Source: an uncultured Melioribacteraceae bacterium (GTDB lineage: Bacteria; Bacteroidota; Ignavibacteria; Ignavibacteriales; SURF-24). From it: DNA of 64,000 nucleotides. Both the position numbers and the translations under genes were made by a program. Location: the NCBI GenBank assembly GCA_965365345.1, contig CBDUBH010000005.1, positions 913 to 64,912 on the forward strand, in the 5' to 3' direction. Under the pieces are notes generated by a model that saw only the letters and a list, made by a program, of their open reading frames with translations, made no database searches and was not told where the DNA came from. This document shows, piece by piece, positions 21,135 through 29,870 of this stretch. Positions within the stretch are counted from its first letter, which is position 1, and every line of letters begins with the position of its first letter.

Positions 21135-22460
21135 TTATTCTTCAACTTCCGAAAGTTTATTTTCTGTTACAACTTCATTTTCCAATTCTTTGGAAATTGA
21201 AATTGCGGCAATTGTTCCATCTGAAACCGCTGTTGTTATTTGTCTGAATTGCTTGCTTGCAACATCTCCGATTGCGTAAACATCCTGAATATTCGTGCGC
21301 ATGTTAGCATCAATTTTTACATAGCCCCAATTATCAAGTTCAAAATAATTTTTAAAATCGTTTATGTTTGGAGTCATGCCCGCAAAAATAAATACGCCGT
21401 CACATTTTAATGATTTATATTCTTTAGTTCTCAGATCTTCAATTATAATTTCATCAACTGATTTTCCGTTCTTTTTAAATTCACGAGGTTCGTGTTCAAA
21501 AATAAAATCGATTTTTGGATTTGCAAAAGCTTTTTCTTGCGCAATTTTATTTGCTTGAAGTTTATCAAACTGATGAACAATTGTAACACGCGAAGCAAAT
21601 TTTGTAATGAACAACGCTTCTTCAATTGCAGAGTTTCCACCTCCGATTACAACAACATGTTTGCCTTCGTAATATTTTGCATCGCAAGTTGCGCAGTAAG
21701 AAATTCCTTGTCCTTTATATTCCTTTTCGCCTTTTACATTAAGCGAGCGCGGCGATGAACCGGTTGCCAAAACAATTTTTTTCGCTCTGATCGTTTCAAC
21801 GCCATCGATTATAATTTCTTTATTTATGAGATCAACTTTTGTTACATCAACTGCCGATCTGAAATCTACTCCCGCCACTTTTGCCTGCTCACTCATGTGA
21901 TGCATTAACATATATCCGTTTATCGGCTCGGAAAACCCCGGATAATTACTTACCAAATGTGTAGTTTTAACTTGTCCACCGGGCAATTCTTTATCAATAA
22001 CAATAGTATTTAATTTTGCCTGAGCAGTGTAAATTGCGGTGGTTAATCCCGCAGGACCGCCGCCTAAAATTAGTACATCGCATTCTGTTTCTACTTTTTC
22101 AATACTTTCTTTTAATTCATTCGCGCGATCAGTTGGAATTAATAATTCCAAATTTTTTACGATATCACTTCTTTTAATTCCGCCGCTTAAAAGATCGCCT
22201 GTAATTTTTCCGTTATCGTAAAACAGCAAAGTCGGTGAAGATGAAACTCCTAATTCCTGTGCTAATTCTCTATTTCCTTGTCTAAAAATCTTAATAAATT
22301 TTACATCTTTTCCATAAATTTTACTCAACGATTCATATTTGCTTGCCAAAGCTTCGCAAGGCGGGCATTCAGTTGAATAAAAATCAACAACAACTTTTCC
22401 GCTATTTAGAACTTCATTTTCAAATTCCGGTGCATTAATTTCTTTAATGAACTCTGCCAT
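21135..22460 (-). CDS. Thioredoxin-thioredoxin reductase fusion (Trx domain N-terminal)
   Basis: N-terminal VVVDFYSTECPPC Trx domain; then GGGPAG, CATCD, GGGNSA, YAIGD, QITTAVSDG TrxB motifs. AGGAG RBS. Confidence 0.93.
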   Translation of the reverse strand: MAEFIKEINAPEFENEVLNSGKVVVDFYSTECPPCEALASKYESLSKIYGKDVKFIKIFRQGNRELAQELGVSSSPTLLFYDNGKITGDLLSGGIKRSDIVKNLELLIPTDRANELKESIEKVETECDVLILGGGPAGLTTAIYTAQAKLNTIVIDKELPGGQVKTTHLVSNYPGFSEPINGYMLMHHMSEQAKVAGVDFRSAVDVTKVDLINKEIIIDGVETIRAKKIVLATGSSPRSLNVKGEKEYKGQGISYCATCDAKYYEGKHVVVIGGGNSAIEEALFITKFASRVTIVHQFDKLQANKIAQEKAFANPKIDFIFEHEPREFKKNGKSVDEIIIEDLRTKEYKSLKCDGVFIFAGMTPNINDFKNYFELDNWGYVKIDANMRTNIQDVYAIGDVASKQFRQITTAVSDGTIAAISISKELENEVVTENKLSEVEE

Positions 22461-22522
22461 GTTTTATCAACTCCTGATTTATCTTTTAATTCTTTATAAT
22501 TTTATATCAATTTTTAAAATTT

Positions 22523-23827
22523 TTATTCTTTGAAAAAATGTGAAATTCCCATTTCCATTAATTCAGTGATTGGTCTGCAATCCGGTGAGTGCAGTTTTCC
22601 GTTTTTATTGTAAGCTACTTCTGCACAGCCGCCACCACATGCAAGTTGCAGATTACATTCTTTACATTCATTTATCATTGTTACATCACGCTCTTCCCAT
22701 TCTTCAATCGCTTCAAAATTTTTGTGAACTTCCGGGAAAAAAGTACCGAGTGTTCTATCGATTTTCCCGACAGTTGCAGTGCAGGAATAAATATTTCCGG
22801 TATAATCGAAGGCCCATTCAGTTTTACAACCGGTGCAAGCATCAAATAATGGTTTTGGAAGTTCGCCGTTTTCAAATAAAAATTTTGATATTGAAAATGC
22901 CGGTTTGTGAAATTCCAGAATTTCCGGATGCTTTTGAATTTCTTCAAAAATTGATTCGTAAAAATCCAAACGCGTAAAAAGTTTATCATTATCTTTTTGA
23001 CAATAATGAAGCTCGTAATTTCTTCCGAGCTGCGTTTTAAATAAAGGATTTTCTGTCCAGCCTTTTTCAATAGCATATTTTGAAAGTTGATAAAGTCCTT
23101 CAATATTTTCTTTATCAATTACAACTCTCAAATTTATTGTCAAATTATTTTCAAGCGCTGCATCAATCCCTTTTACAATTTTTTCAAATGTCGCCGAATT
23201 ATCTTTTAAATATCTTCTTTTATCATGAAGTTCGGCTGTGCCGTCAAGAGTAACCTGGATTTCTCTGATCTTCACTTTTTTTAGAATTTCAATATATTCT
23301 TCCAAATTAAAACCGTTTGTAACGATCGCAATTTCAAGATTATTTTCATCGCATTTTTGAAGAAAATATTTGATAAATTCTTTATTTTGTTTTCCCGGAA
23401 GTAAAGGTTCGCCGCCGAATAAAGTTATATATTTTCTTCTTCCCGCAAATTCATTTTTAACATATTCAAAAAACGCATCAACAATATTTTTACCGGGAAT
23501 TTTTACTTCATTTTCATAACCTACCTGATAACAATAACTGCAACTGAAATTACACAAATACCAAGGCACAAAGAAAATCTGAACTTCATCATTTTCGCGA
23601 TTTTCAGTAAATTCTAAATATTTTTCTATATAATTTCTTTTTTCATCCTGTTCTTCTGTCAAATAACCTTTTTCAAAATATTCCTGAATATCAGTGAATT
23701 TTCCGTTTTGAATCTCTTCAAATTTTTCTTTTGAAATTATATCAGCATTTCCCGATAAAATATTCACAAGAAAATATTCTTCCGAATTTCTTAGCTTTGA
23801 TAATATGTTATGTTTTGAAAAATACAT
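22523..23827 (-). CDS. Radical SAM/SPASM peptide maturase with probable N-terminal RRE
   Basis: CNFSCSYC, FGGEPLL, TNG, TLDG; SPASM Cys set CTGC...GNIYSC and CKECNLQLACGGGC...C; N-terminal YFLVNILSG...EKGYL resembles an RRE. Confidence 0.93.
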   Translation of the reverse strand: MYFSKHNILSKLRNSEEYFLVNILSGNADIISKEKFEEIQNGKFTDIQEYFEKGYLTEEQDEKRNYIEKYLEFTENRENDEVQIFFVPWYLCNFSCSYCYQVGYENEVKIPGKNIVDAFFEYVKNEFAGRRKYITLFGGEPLLPGKQNKEFIKYFLQKCDENNLEIAIVTNGFNLEEYIEILKKVKIREIQVTLDGTAELHDKRRYLKDNSATFEKIVKGIDAALENNLTINLRVVIDKENIEGLYQLSKYAIEKGWTENPLFKTQLGRNYELHYCQKDNDKLFTRLDFYESIFEEIQKHPEILEFHKPAFSISKFLFENGELPKPLFDACTGCKTEWAFDYTGNIYSCTATVGKIDRTLGTFFPEVHKNFEAIEEWEERDVTMINECKECNLQLACGGGCAEVAYNKNGKLHSPDCRPITELMEMGISHFFKE

Positions 23828-23913
23828 TTTTATTTTCTCTTGATAATGATTTGATGCAGGTAATTTTAATTGGTTTCAAAAAAAATCTTTTAATTCAATA
23901 ATTTATTTCAAAC

Positions 23914-23955
23914 AAAAAAAGCCGTAACGGAAAAATTTTCGCGGTTACGGCTTTT
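23914..23955 (-). terminator. Internal terminator/stabilising hairpin between the precursor peptide and rSAM genes
   Basis: Minus strand reads aaaagccgtaac-15 nt-gttacggc-ttttttt. Confidence 0.75.
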
Positions 23956-23983
23956 GTAAGATCAAACTGATAAAAAGCAGCGT

Positions 23984-24079
23984 TTAGTCGTGGCATCCTG
24001 CAACAACGGCAGAAACTTTTGCACAGCATTGCGCAACTTTCTTATCGGTTTTTTTTCCGTTTTTGATAAGAGTTTTCAT
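23984..24079 (-). CDS. Putative RiPP precursor peptide, 31 aa: MKTLIKNGKKTDKKVAQCCAKVSAVVAGCHD
   Basis: Translated by hand: ATG at 24079, TAA at 23984-23986, AGGAG RBS 6 nt upstream, 14 nt after the arsM stop. Lys-rich leader and Cys-bearing core; directly upstream of the SPASM enzyme. Confidence 0.85.
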   Translation of the reverse strand: MKTLIKNGKKTDKKVAQCCAKVSAVVAGCHD

Positions 24080-24093
24080 CTTATTCTCCTGAT

Positions 24094-24738
24094 TTATTTA
24101 CAACAACATCCGGCAGGTTTTTTCCCCGCCACAGTAAAACTTGAAATTACTATTTTTCCTTTTTCGTACGGAACGCTTTCTTCGATTATTTCGACTGAAT
24201 TAAATCCCGCTAGCGAAATTGTATCAAGATATTTTTCTTTTGTAATTGAACCTGCCCAGCATTCCGAAACTGCTACCGGATCGGTTCTGTATTCTTCAGG
24301 AACATCTTCCAATGAATAAATATCGCTTATTACAAATCTTCCGCCTTTTTTCAAAACTCTGAAAATTTCGGCAAAAACTTTGGCTTTATTTTCAGCGTGA
24401 TTTATAGTGCAATTTGAAATTACCAGATCCGCAATTCCGCTCGGCAAATTTAGTTCTTCCAATTCAGATTTAACAAAATTTACATTTGAAATTCCGAATT
24501 TTTCTGAATTCTTTTTTGCTTTTTCCAGCATTCCGTCAGAAACATCAATGCCGTAAACGAATCCTTTTGTACCAACGGTTTGTGCCATTCTGATAACATC
24601 ATTTCCTCTGCCGCAGCCGAGATCAACGCAAACTTCGCCTTCTGAAACTTTTGAATAATTAATTGCACCGCCGCAAGAAAGACAGCAACTTTCCTCGGCA
24701 AGTTTGGTATAACGGTTATTTATTTCGGTTGTATCCAT
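24094..24738 (-). CDS. arsM: Arsenite S-adenosylmethionine methyltransferase (ArsM/AS3MT)-like protein
   Basis: ESCCLSCGG, SAM motif VDLGCGRGND, ISNCTINH and ECWAG (the two catalytic-Cys motifs of ArsM/AS3MT), C-terminal GCCCK. ATG at 24738 (MDTTE) preferred over TTG at 24834. Confidence 0.8.
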   Translation of the reverse strand: MDTTEINNRYTKLAEESCCLSCGGAINYSKVSEGEVCVDLGCGRGNDVIRMAQTVGTKGFVYGIDVSDGMLEKAKKNSEKFGISNVNFVKSELEELNLPSGIADLVISNCTINHAENKAKVFAEIFRVLKKGGRFVISDIYSLEDVPEEYRTDPVAVSECWAGSITKEKYLDTISLAGFNSVEIIEESVPYEKGKIVISSFTVAGKKPAGCCCK

Positions 24739-24880
24739 TTTTCTCTTTTTTCTTGTGATTAACAATATTTTATGGGCTAAAACAATTTTATAAATTTTAA
24801 CTATTAATAAAGCATAAAAAGATGTTTTTATCAAGTTAAAAAAATTTTTCTTTATTCGAAATATTTTTAGAAGAAGTTTA

Positions 24881-24906
24881 AAACTTTTTTATTTTTGTCT
24901 CGTCTA
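24881..24906 (+). promoter_or_regulatory. Putative ECF sigma promoter for the TonB-dependent receptor
   Basis: AAAC-N16-CGTCTA about 30 nt upstream of the ATG at 24938. Confidence 0.4.
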
Positions 24907-24937
24907 TTTATAAAAGAAAATTTTATCAGGAAAAGTT

Positions 24938-27367
24938 ATGAAGAAAGTATTATTATTTTTACTTATGGTTTCGGCAAATCTTTTTGCACAAGGGACTTTA
25001 TCAAATAAGGATTTCGGAAGAATTTCCGGAACGATTATAGATTCCGCATCAAATAAACCAATCGAATATGCAACAATTGTAGTTTTTAGAGGAAGTGATT
25101 CAACATATTCAACAGGAATTACATCCAACGATAAAGGAAGATTCTTACTTGACAAAGTTCCTTTCGGAAAATTAAAAGTAAAAGTTTCTTTTATGGGTTA
25201 CGAAAATAAGATTGTTGATAAAATAATTCTTGACGAAAAGAATTCGTTAAAAGATTTAGGCACGATCAAACTTTCGCAAAAAGCGCTTGATCTTGAAGGT
25301 GTTGAAGTAACCGCTCAGCGAAGTTTGATTGAATTCAACATTGATAAAACAGTTGTAAATGTTGATAAAACTCTTCCTTCTGCCGGTGGCTCAGCGCTTG
25401 ATGTTTTGCGAAATACTCCTTCAGTAAATGTTGATGCCGACGGTAATATTTCTTTAAGAGGAAATTCAAACATAAATATTTTGATTGACGGAAAACCTTC
25501 CAGCATGGCAAACTCGCAAATGCTTGAACAATTGCCCGCAGGTTCGTTAGATAAAATTGAACTTGTTACAAATCCCTCTGCAAAATATGATGCCGAAGGA
25601 ACAGCGGGAATAATAAATATCGTGTTGAAAAAAAATAAGGAAAAAAATATTAATGGTTTAATTTCCGCAAACGTCGGGACAAAAGATAATTATAACGGTT
25701 CATTAAGTTTAAATTATAAATCCGATAAATTGAATCTGTTTTCAAATTACGATAACAGATTTATAAGACGAGAAGGTAACGGAAGCGCGCAGCGTGAAAA
25801 TTATTTGCAAAGCGGAAATACTTTTTATGATCAAACAATGGCAATGAGATTTAACGGCGCTTGGCATAATTTCAAAGGCGGATTTGATTATTCTTTTGAT
25901 GATAAAAATTCTTTGTCATCTTCAATTTTATATAACGGCGGCAAAAGAAACTTTAAAGGAAGAATAATTTTAAATGATATGAATGCCGATAGGTCAATTA
26001 AACAAATAACAAGAACTTCAAATGATGGCGAAGTAAACGGACATTCCTTGGATTATACATTAAATTATAAAAGATTATTTGAAAAACCGGGCAACGAGCT
26101 GACTGCTGATTTTTTTGTGTCAAGCTCCGGACATGAAGATGCTTTATCACGAATAACGGGAAATTTGGATTCAGATATGAATCCTGCGGGTGATCCTTTT
26201 AATGAGCAAAATACTTTAACGGATAACCAAAATTTATACGCATCTTTTACTTCTGATTATGTACTTCCATTCAGTGAAACAAATAAATTTGAAGCAGGTT
26301 ACAAAGGAACTTTGCGTGACAGAAATCTGGATTATTCTGTTGATAATCTTATTGAAGGAAATTGGGTTAATGACCTTAATCTAAGCAATGAATTTAATTA
26401 TAAAGAGCAGATTCACGCAGCATATGCAATGTACACAGGCAAAGTTGAAAAATTCAAATATCAACTTGGATTAAGAAGCGAAAATACAATTACCAATGCA
26501 AATCAAAAAACATTGAACGAAATTCATAAAGAAAATTATTTGGACTTCTTCCCTACTTTGAATTTGAGTCGTGAAATTTTCAAAGGCGATGAAATGAAGA
26601 TCAGTTACAGTAGAAGAATAAATCGCCCGATGATATTTTTTATAAATCCTTTTGTAAGATTTATTGATCCTACTTTCGCACAAAAAGGAAATCCGAATTT
26701 GAAGCCAGAATATATTGATTCTTATGAATTTGCAAATAGCTTTTTCCACAAACAATCTTCCTTGATTACAACTTTATTTTACAGGGAAACAAAAGATAAT
26801 TTCACTTTTCTTGCAGAGTTGAAAGATGACGGCGTAACTTACGCAACATTTCAAAATTTAGGGAAAAGAATTTCATACGGGTTGGAAGTAAATGCCGGTC
26901 ATCAAATTTTCAAATGGTGGAACTTGAACGCAAATTACAGTTACTTTAACAGCGAAATTAAAGGCGAATATTCAGGCGCTGATGAAACTTCACCGTTAAA
27001 TTCTTATACAGTTAGATTAAGTTCCTCAATGAATTTGTGGTGGGGGATCAGTTTTCAATTTAACGGAAATTATTCATCACCTACAATTGAAGCGCAAGGC
27101 AGAACCGATGAATTTTTCTATACTGATGCCGCGATCAGAAAAGATTTCTTAAATAAAAAATTGAATGTGAGTTTAAGAATTTCCGATGCGCTTAATTCAA
27201 TGAAATTCAAAAGTAGAATTAATGGTGAAAATTTCAGAATTATAAATGAACAAAATCCGAACAATCAGATTGTAACTCTTTCATTAACTTACACAATAAA
27301 TAATTTCAAACGCACACGCGAAAGAAGAGATGACGGCGGCGGAAGAGAATACGAAAATATGCAGTAA
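24938..27367 (+). CDS. TonB-dependent receptor / outer-membrane beta-barrel with N-terminal CarboxypepD_reg-like domain
   Basis: Signal peptide, ISGTIID...PIEYATI domain, plug motif IELVTNPSAKYDAEGTAGIINIVLKK, GNPNLKPE, C-terminal beta strands. Confidence 0.9.
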   Translation: MKKVLLFLLMVSANLFAQGTLSNKDFGRISGTIIDSASNKPIEYATIVVFRGSDSTYSTGITSNDKGRFLLDKVPFGKLKVKVSFMGYENKIVDKIILDEKNSLKDLGTIKLSQKALDLEGVEVTAQRSLIEFNIDKTVVNVDKTLPSAGGSALDVLRNTPSVNVDADGNISLRGNSNINILIDGKPSSMANSQMLEQLPAGSLDKIELVTNPSAKYDAEGTAGIINIVLKKNKEKNINGLISANVGTKDNYNGSLSLNYKSDKLNLFSNYDNRFIRREGNGSAQRENYLQSGNTFYDQTMAMRFNGAWHNFKGGFDYSFDDKNSLSSSILYNGGKRNFKGRIILNDMNADRSIKQITRTSNDGEVNGHSLDYTLNYKRLFEKPGNELTADFFVSSSGHEDALSRITGNLDSDMNPAGDPFNEQNTLTDNQNLYASFTSDYVLPFSETNKFEAGYKGTLRDRNLDYSVDNLIEGNWVNDLNLSNEFNYKEQIHAAYAMYTGKVEKFKYQLGLRSENTITNANQKTLNEIHKENYLDFFPTLNLSREIFKGDEMKISYSRRINRPMIFFINPFVRFIDPTFAQKGNPNLKPEYIDSYEFANSFFHKQSSLITTLFYRETKDNFTFLAELKDDGVTYATFQNLGKRISYGLEVNAGHQIFKWWNLNANYSYFNSEIKGEYSGADETSPLNSYTVRLSSSMNLWWGISFQFNGNYSSPTIEAQGRTDEFFYTDAAIRKDFLNKKLNVSLRISDALNSMKFKSRINGENFRIINEQNPNNQIVTLSLTYTINNFKRTRERRDDGGGREYENMQ

Positions 27368-27406
27368 TTGTTTAATAATTAATGATAAATTTGTGAATGA
27401 ATGATG

Positions 27407-27447
27407 AAAAAGCGGAGAAGTTGATTTTTAGTTCTCCGCTTTTTTTT
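27407..27447. terminator. Bidirectional terminator between the convergent receptor and qNor genes
   Basis: aaaaagcggagaa...ttctccgctttttttt. Confidence 0.8.
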
Positions 27448-27470
27448 ATTCTATTTAAATATATTTGAAT

Positions 27471-29765
27471 TTATTTTGTTTCGGTTGCTGCACCGTCAAT
27501 TTCTTCGGTAACTTCATCAACTTCTTTTTCAATTGACCATCCGGTTTTCAATCCTAAAACAAAATAACCTAATGCTAAAATTCCGGCAGCAAATATTGTA
27601 TCGCCAATTACTCTGAGCCATCTTAAAGTATCAATAAGCGGAGTTTGATTAAATTCTGCTGATCTTGCATACCACATTCCATGTTCAACGCTTGCCCAAG
27701 TTTGAAGTATTCCGACAGGAAGAATACTGATCAATACCATTAAAGATAATCCGATATTTATTGACCAGAATGCAAATGAAACAGCTTTCGTTTTCCAAAC
27801 ATACCTGTTAGTTAATCCTTTTAAGCAGAAAAGCATTAGACCGATTCCAAGCATTCCATAAACTCCGAATAATGCTGTGTGCGCGTGTACGGGAGTGGTT
27901 TCCAATCCTTGCATATAATAAAGTGCGATCGGAGGGTTGATCAAAAATCCAAATAACCCGGCGCCGACCAAATTCCAGAATGCAACAGCAACGAAAAAGT
28001 AGATCGGCCATTTATAAGCAGAAACCCAACTTTTTGCCCGGCTTAAAGTAAGATTTTCATAAGCTTCAAATCCGATTAATACAAGCGGAACCACTTCTAA
28101 TGCACTAAAAGTTGCACCGAGAGCCATTACTGCCGTCGGAGTTCCCGTAAAATACAAGTGATGAAAAGTTCCGATGATTCCGCCGGATAAAAATATTATT
28201 GTTGAAAATAATACTGCATAAGTCGCTGTTGCTACTTGCAACAATCCCATTCTTGTAAATAAAAATGCAATTACAACTGTTGCAAAAACTTCAAAGAAAC
28301 CTTCAACCCAAAGATGGACAACCCACCATCTCCAATATTCAGCAATTGCGTAATTTGTTTGTCTTCCCCACATCAATCCGGCACCGTAAAATAATGCGAT
28401 TGCTACCGATGAGATCAAAAACAAACCGAGAAGATGTCGGTTTTCACCTTTCTTTTTGAAAGCTGGCCACATTGATCTTCCCATTAAAAATAACCAAAGA
28501 AATAGCCCTATTAATAAGAATATCTGCCAGAATCTTCCGAGATCAACATATTCATAACCTTGATGACCAAACCAAAAATTTGAAACAAATCCTAATTTTT
28601 GCTGAACGCCAAGCCATTGACCGAACATTGAACCAACAACAATTATAAGCAGTGCAACGAAAAGAAAATTTACGCCTGCCTTTTGAAATTTTGGTTCATA
28701 GCCGGAAACCGCCGGGGCAATAAATAATCCTGTTGCAAGCCATGCCGTTGCTATCCAAAAGATTCCAAGCTGTGTGTGCCAGGTTCTTGTTACGGAATAT
28801 GGAAACCATTCATCTAATGGAATTCCGTAAAATCCCGAGCCTTCAACACCGTAATGCGCCGTTACTGCACCAAGCAAAACCTGAACTACAATTAATGCAG
28901 CAACAACCCAGAAATATTTTAAAGTCGCTTTCATTGATGGAGTTGGTGAAATTGCCAATAATGGATCCCAGCCCGGGACTTCATAACTATGATCTTCCTT
29001 TTTCCGCAAAACTGCGTAGTACCAAGCCAAGGCTCCTATTCCGGCAAGCAATAAAACAAAACTGATTACTGACCAAACAATGATCTCACCATTCGGTCTG
29101 TTTCCAATCAGATCATCTGCCGGCCAGTTATTTGTGTATGTAATATCTTTTCCAGGACGATTTGTAACACATGACCATGAAGCCCAAAAGAAAAATGCAT
29201 TTATCTTTTCCTGTCTATCATCAGATTTAATTGTGTTTTCCGGAATTGCATATGCTTCGCGAAGTTCCTCCATTGAAGGATCATCGCCGAATAATTTTGC
29301 ATAATAATCACTTAAATAATTATATGCCGCAATTCTATCGGGAGTTAAAGTTAAAGTTTTTGTATCGAAATTAAATGTGTTTTTATGAAGTTCTATTTGA
29401 AGTGATTTTTCTAATGAGGCTTTATCCTCAGGAGGCAAATTTTCATACTCAATGTCGTATTTTTCATTTGCTCTTTTATTCAGAATGAAAAGAGCCTCGC
29501 GGTGAAGCCAATCTGCCGTCCAATCCGGAGCGATATAAGCTCCATGTCCCCAAAGTGTGCCGAGTTCCTGTCCGCCTATTGATTGCCAGACATTTTGTCC
29601 GTCTTTAATATCCTGTCCAGTAAAAATGACTTCGCCGTTTTCACCCACAACTTTCTCGGGAATCGGCGGGGCCTCCCTGTAAATCTCAAATCCGTAATAT
29701 CCCAATACACCAAAAGAAAATATCATTACGAGCGCTAATCCGATCCACAGTTTTTTATAGTTCAT
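27471..29765 (-). CDS. norZ: Quinol-dependent nitric oxide reductase (qNor, single large subunit)
   Basis: GHGAYIAPDWTADWLHRE, WWVVHLWVEGFFEVF, GTFHHLY, HAHTALFGVYG. ATG at 29765 has a GGAG RBS. Confidence 0.95.
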   Translation of the reverse strand: MNYKKLWIGLALVMIFSFGVLGYYGFEIYREAPPIPEKVVGENGEVIFTGQDIKDGQNVWQSIGGQELGTLWGHGAYIAPDWTADWLHREALFILNKRANEKYDIEYENLPPEDKASLEKSLQIELHKNTFNFDTKTLTLTPDRIAAYNYLSDYYAKLFGDDPSMEELREAYAIPENTIKSDDRQEKINAFFFWASWSCVTNRPGKDITYTNNWPADDLIGNRPNGEIIVWSVISFVLLLAGIGALAWYYAVLRKKEDHSYEVPGWDPLLAISPTPSMKATLKYFWVVAALIVVQVLLGAVTAHYGVEGSGFYGIPLDEWFPYSVTRTWHTQLGIFWIATAWLATGLFIAPAVSGYEPKFQKAGVNFLFVALLIIVVGSMFGQWLGVQQKLGFVSNFWFGHQGYEYVDLGRFWQIFLLIGLFLWLFLMGRSMWPAFKKKGENRHLLGLFLISSVAIALFYGAGLMWGRQTNYAIAEYWRWWVVHLWVEGFFEVFATVVIAFLFTRMGLLQVATATYAVLFSTIIFLSGGIIGTFHHLYFTGTPTAVMALGATFSALEVVPLVLIGFEAYENLTLSRAKSWVSAYKWPIYFFVAVAFWNLVGAGLFGFLINPPIALYYMQGLETTPVHAHTALFGVYGMLGIGLMLFCLKGLTNRYVWKTKAVSFAFWSINIGLSLMVLISILPVGILQTWASVEHGMWYARSAEFNQTPLIDTLRWLRVIGDTIFAAGILALGYFVLGLKTGWSIEKEVDEVTEEIDGAATETK

Positions 29766-29870
29766 TTTGACTCCAATATTTGATGAAAACAATTTTGATG
29801 AATTGAATAATGAATCTTATCTTATCTAAACAAGATATCTGGTATTATAAAGTCACAATTTTCTCCCCCC

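Noticed and set aside
23990-24319. 109-aa plus-strand ORF across the peptide/arsM junction
   Set aside because: Antisense shadow of arsM and the peptide gene; GTG start with no RBS, while the minus-strand reading has an RBS and coherent motifs.
21135-24738. Selenocysteine recoding in the redox/RiPP operon
   Set aside because: All four genes end in TAA and have no in-frame TGA at Cys positions.
24739-24834. N-terminal extension of arsM in the ORF track
   Set aside because: TTG start with low-complexity K/I/L sequence; the ATG at 24738 fits the family start better.
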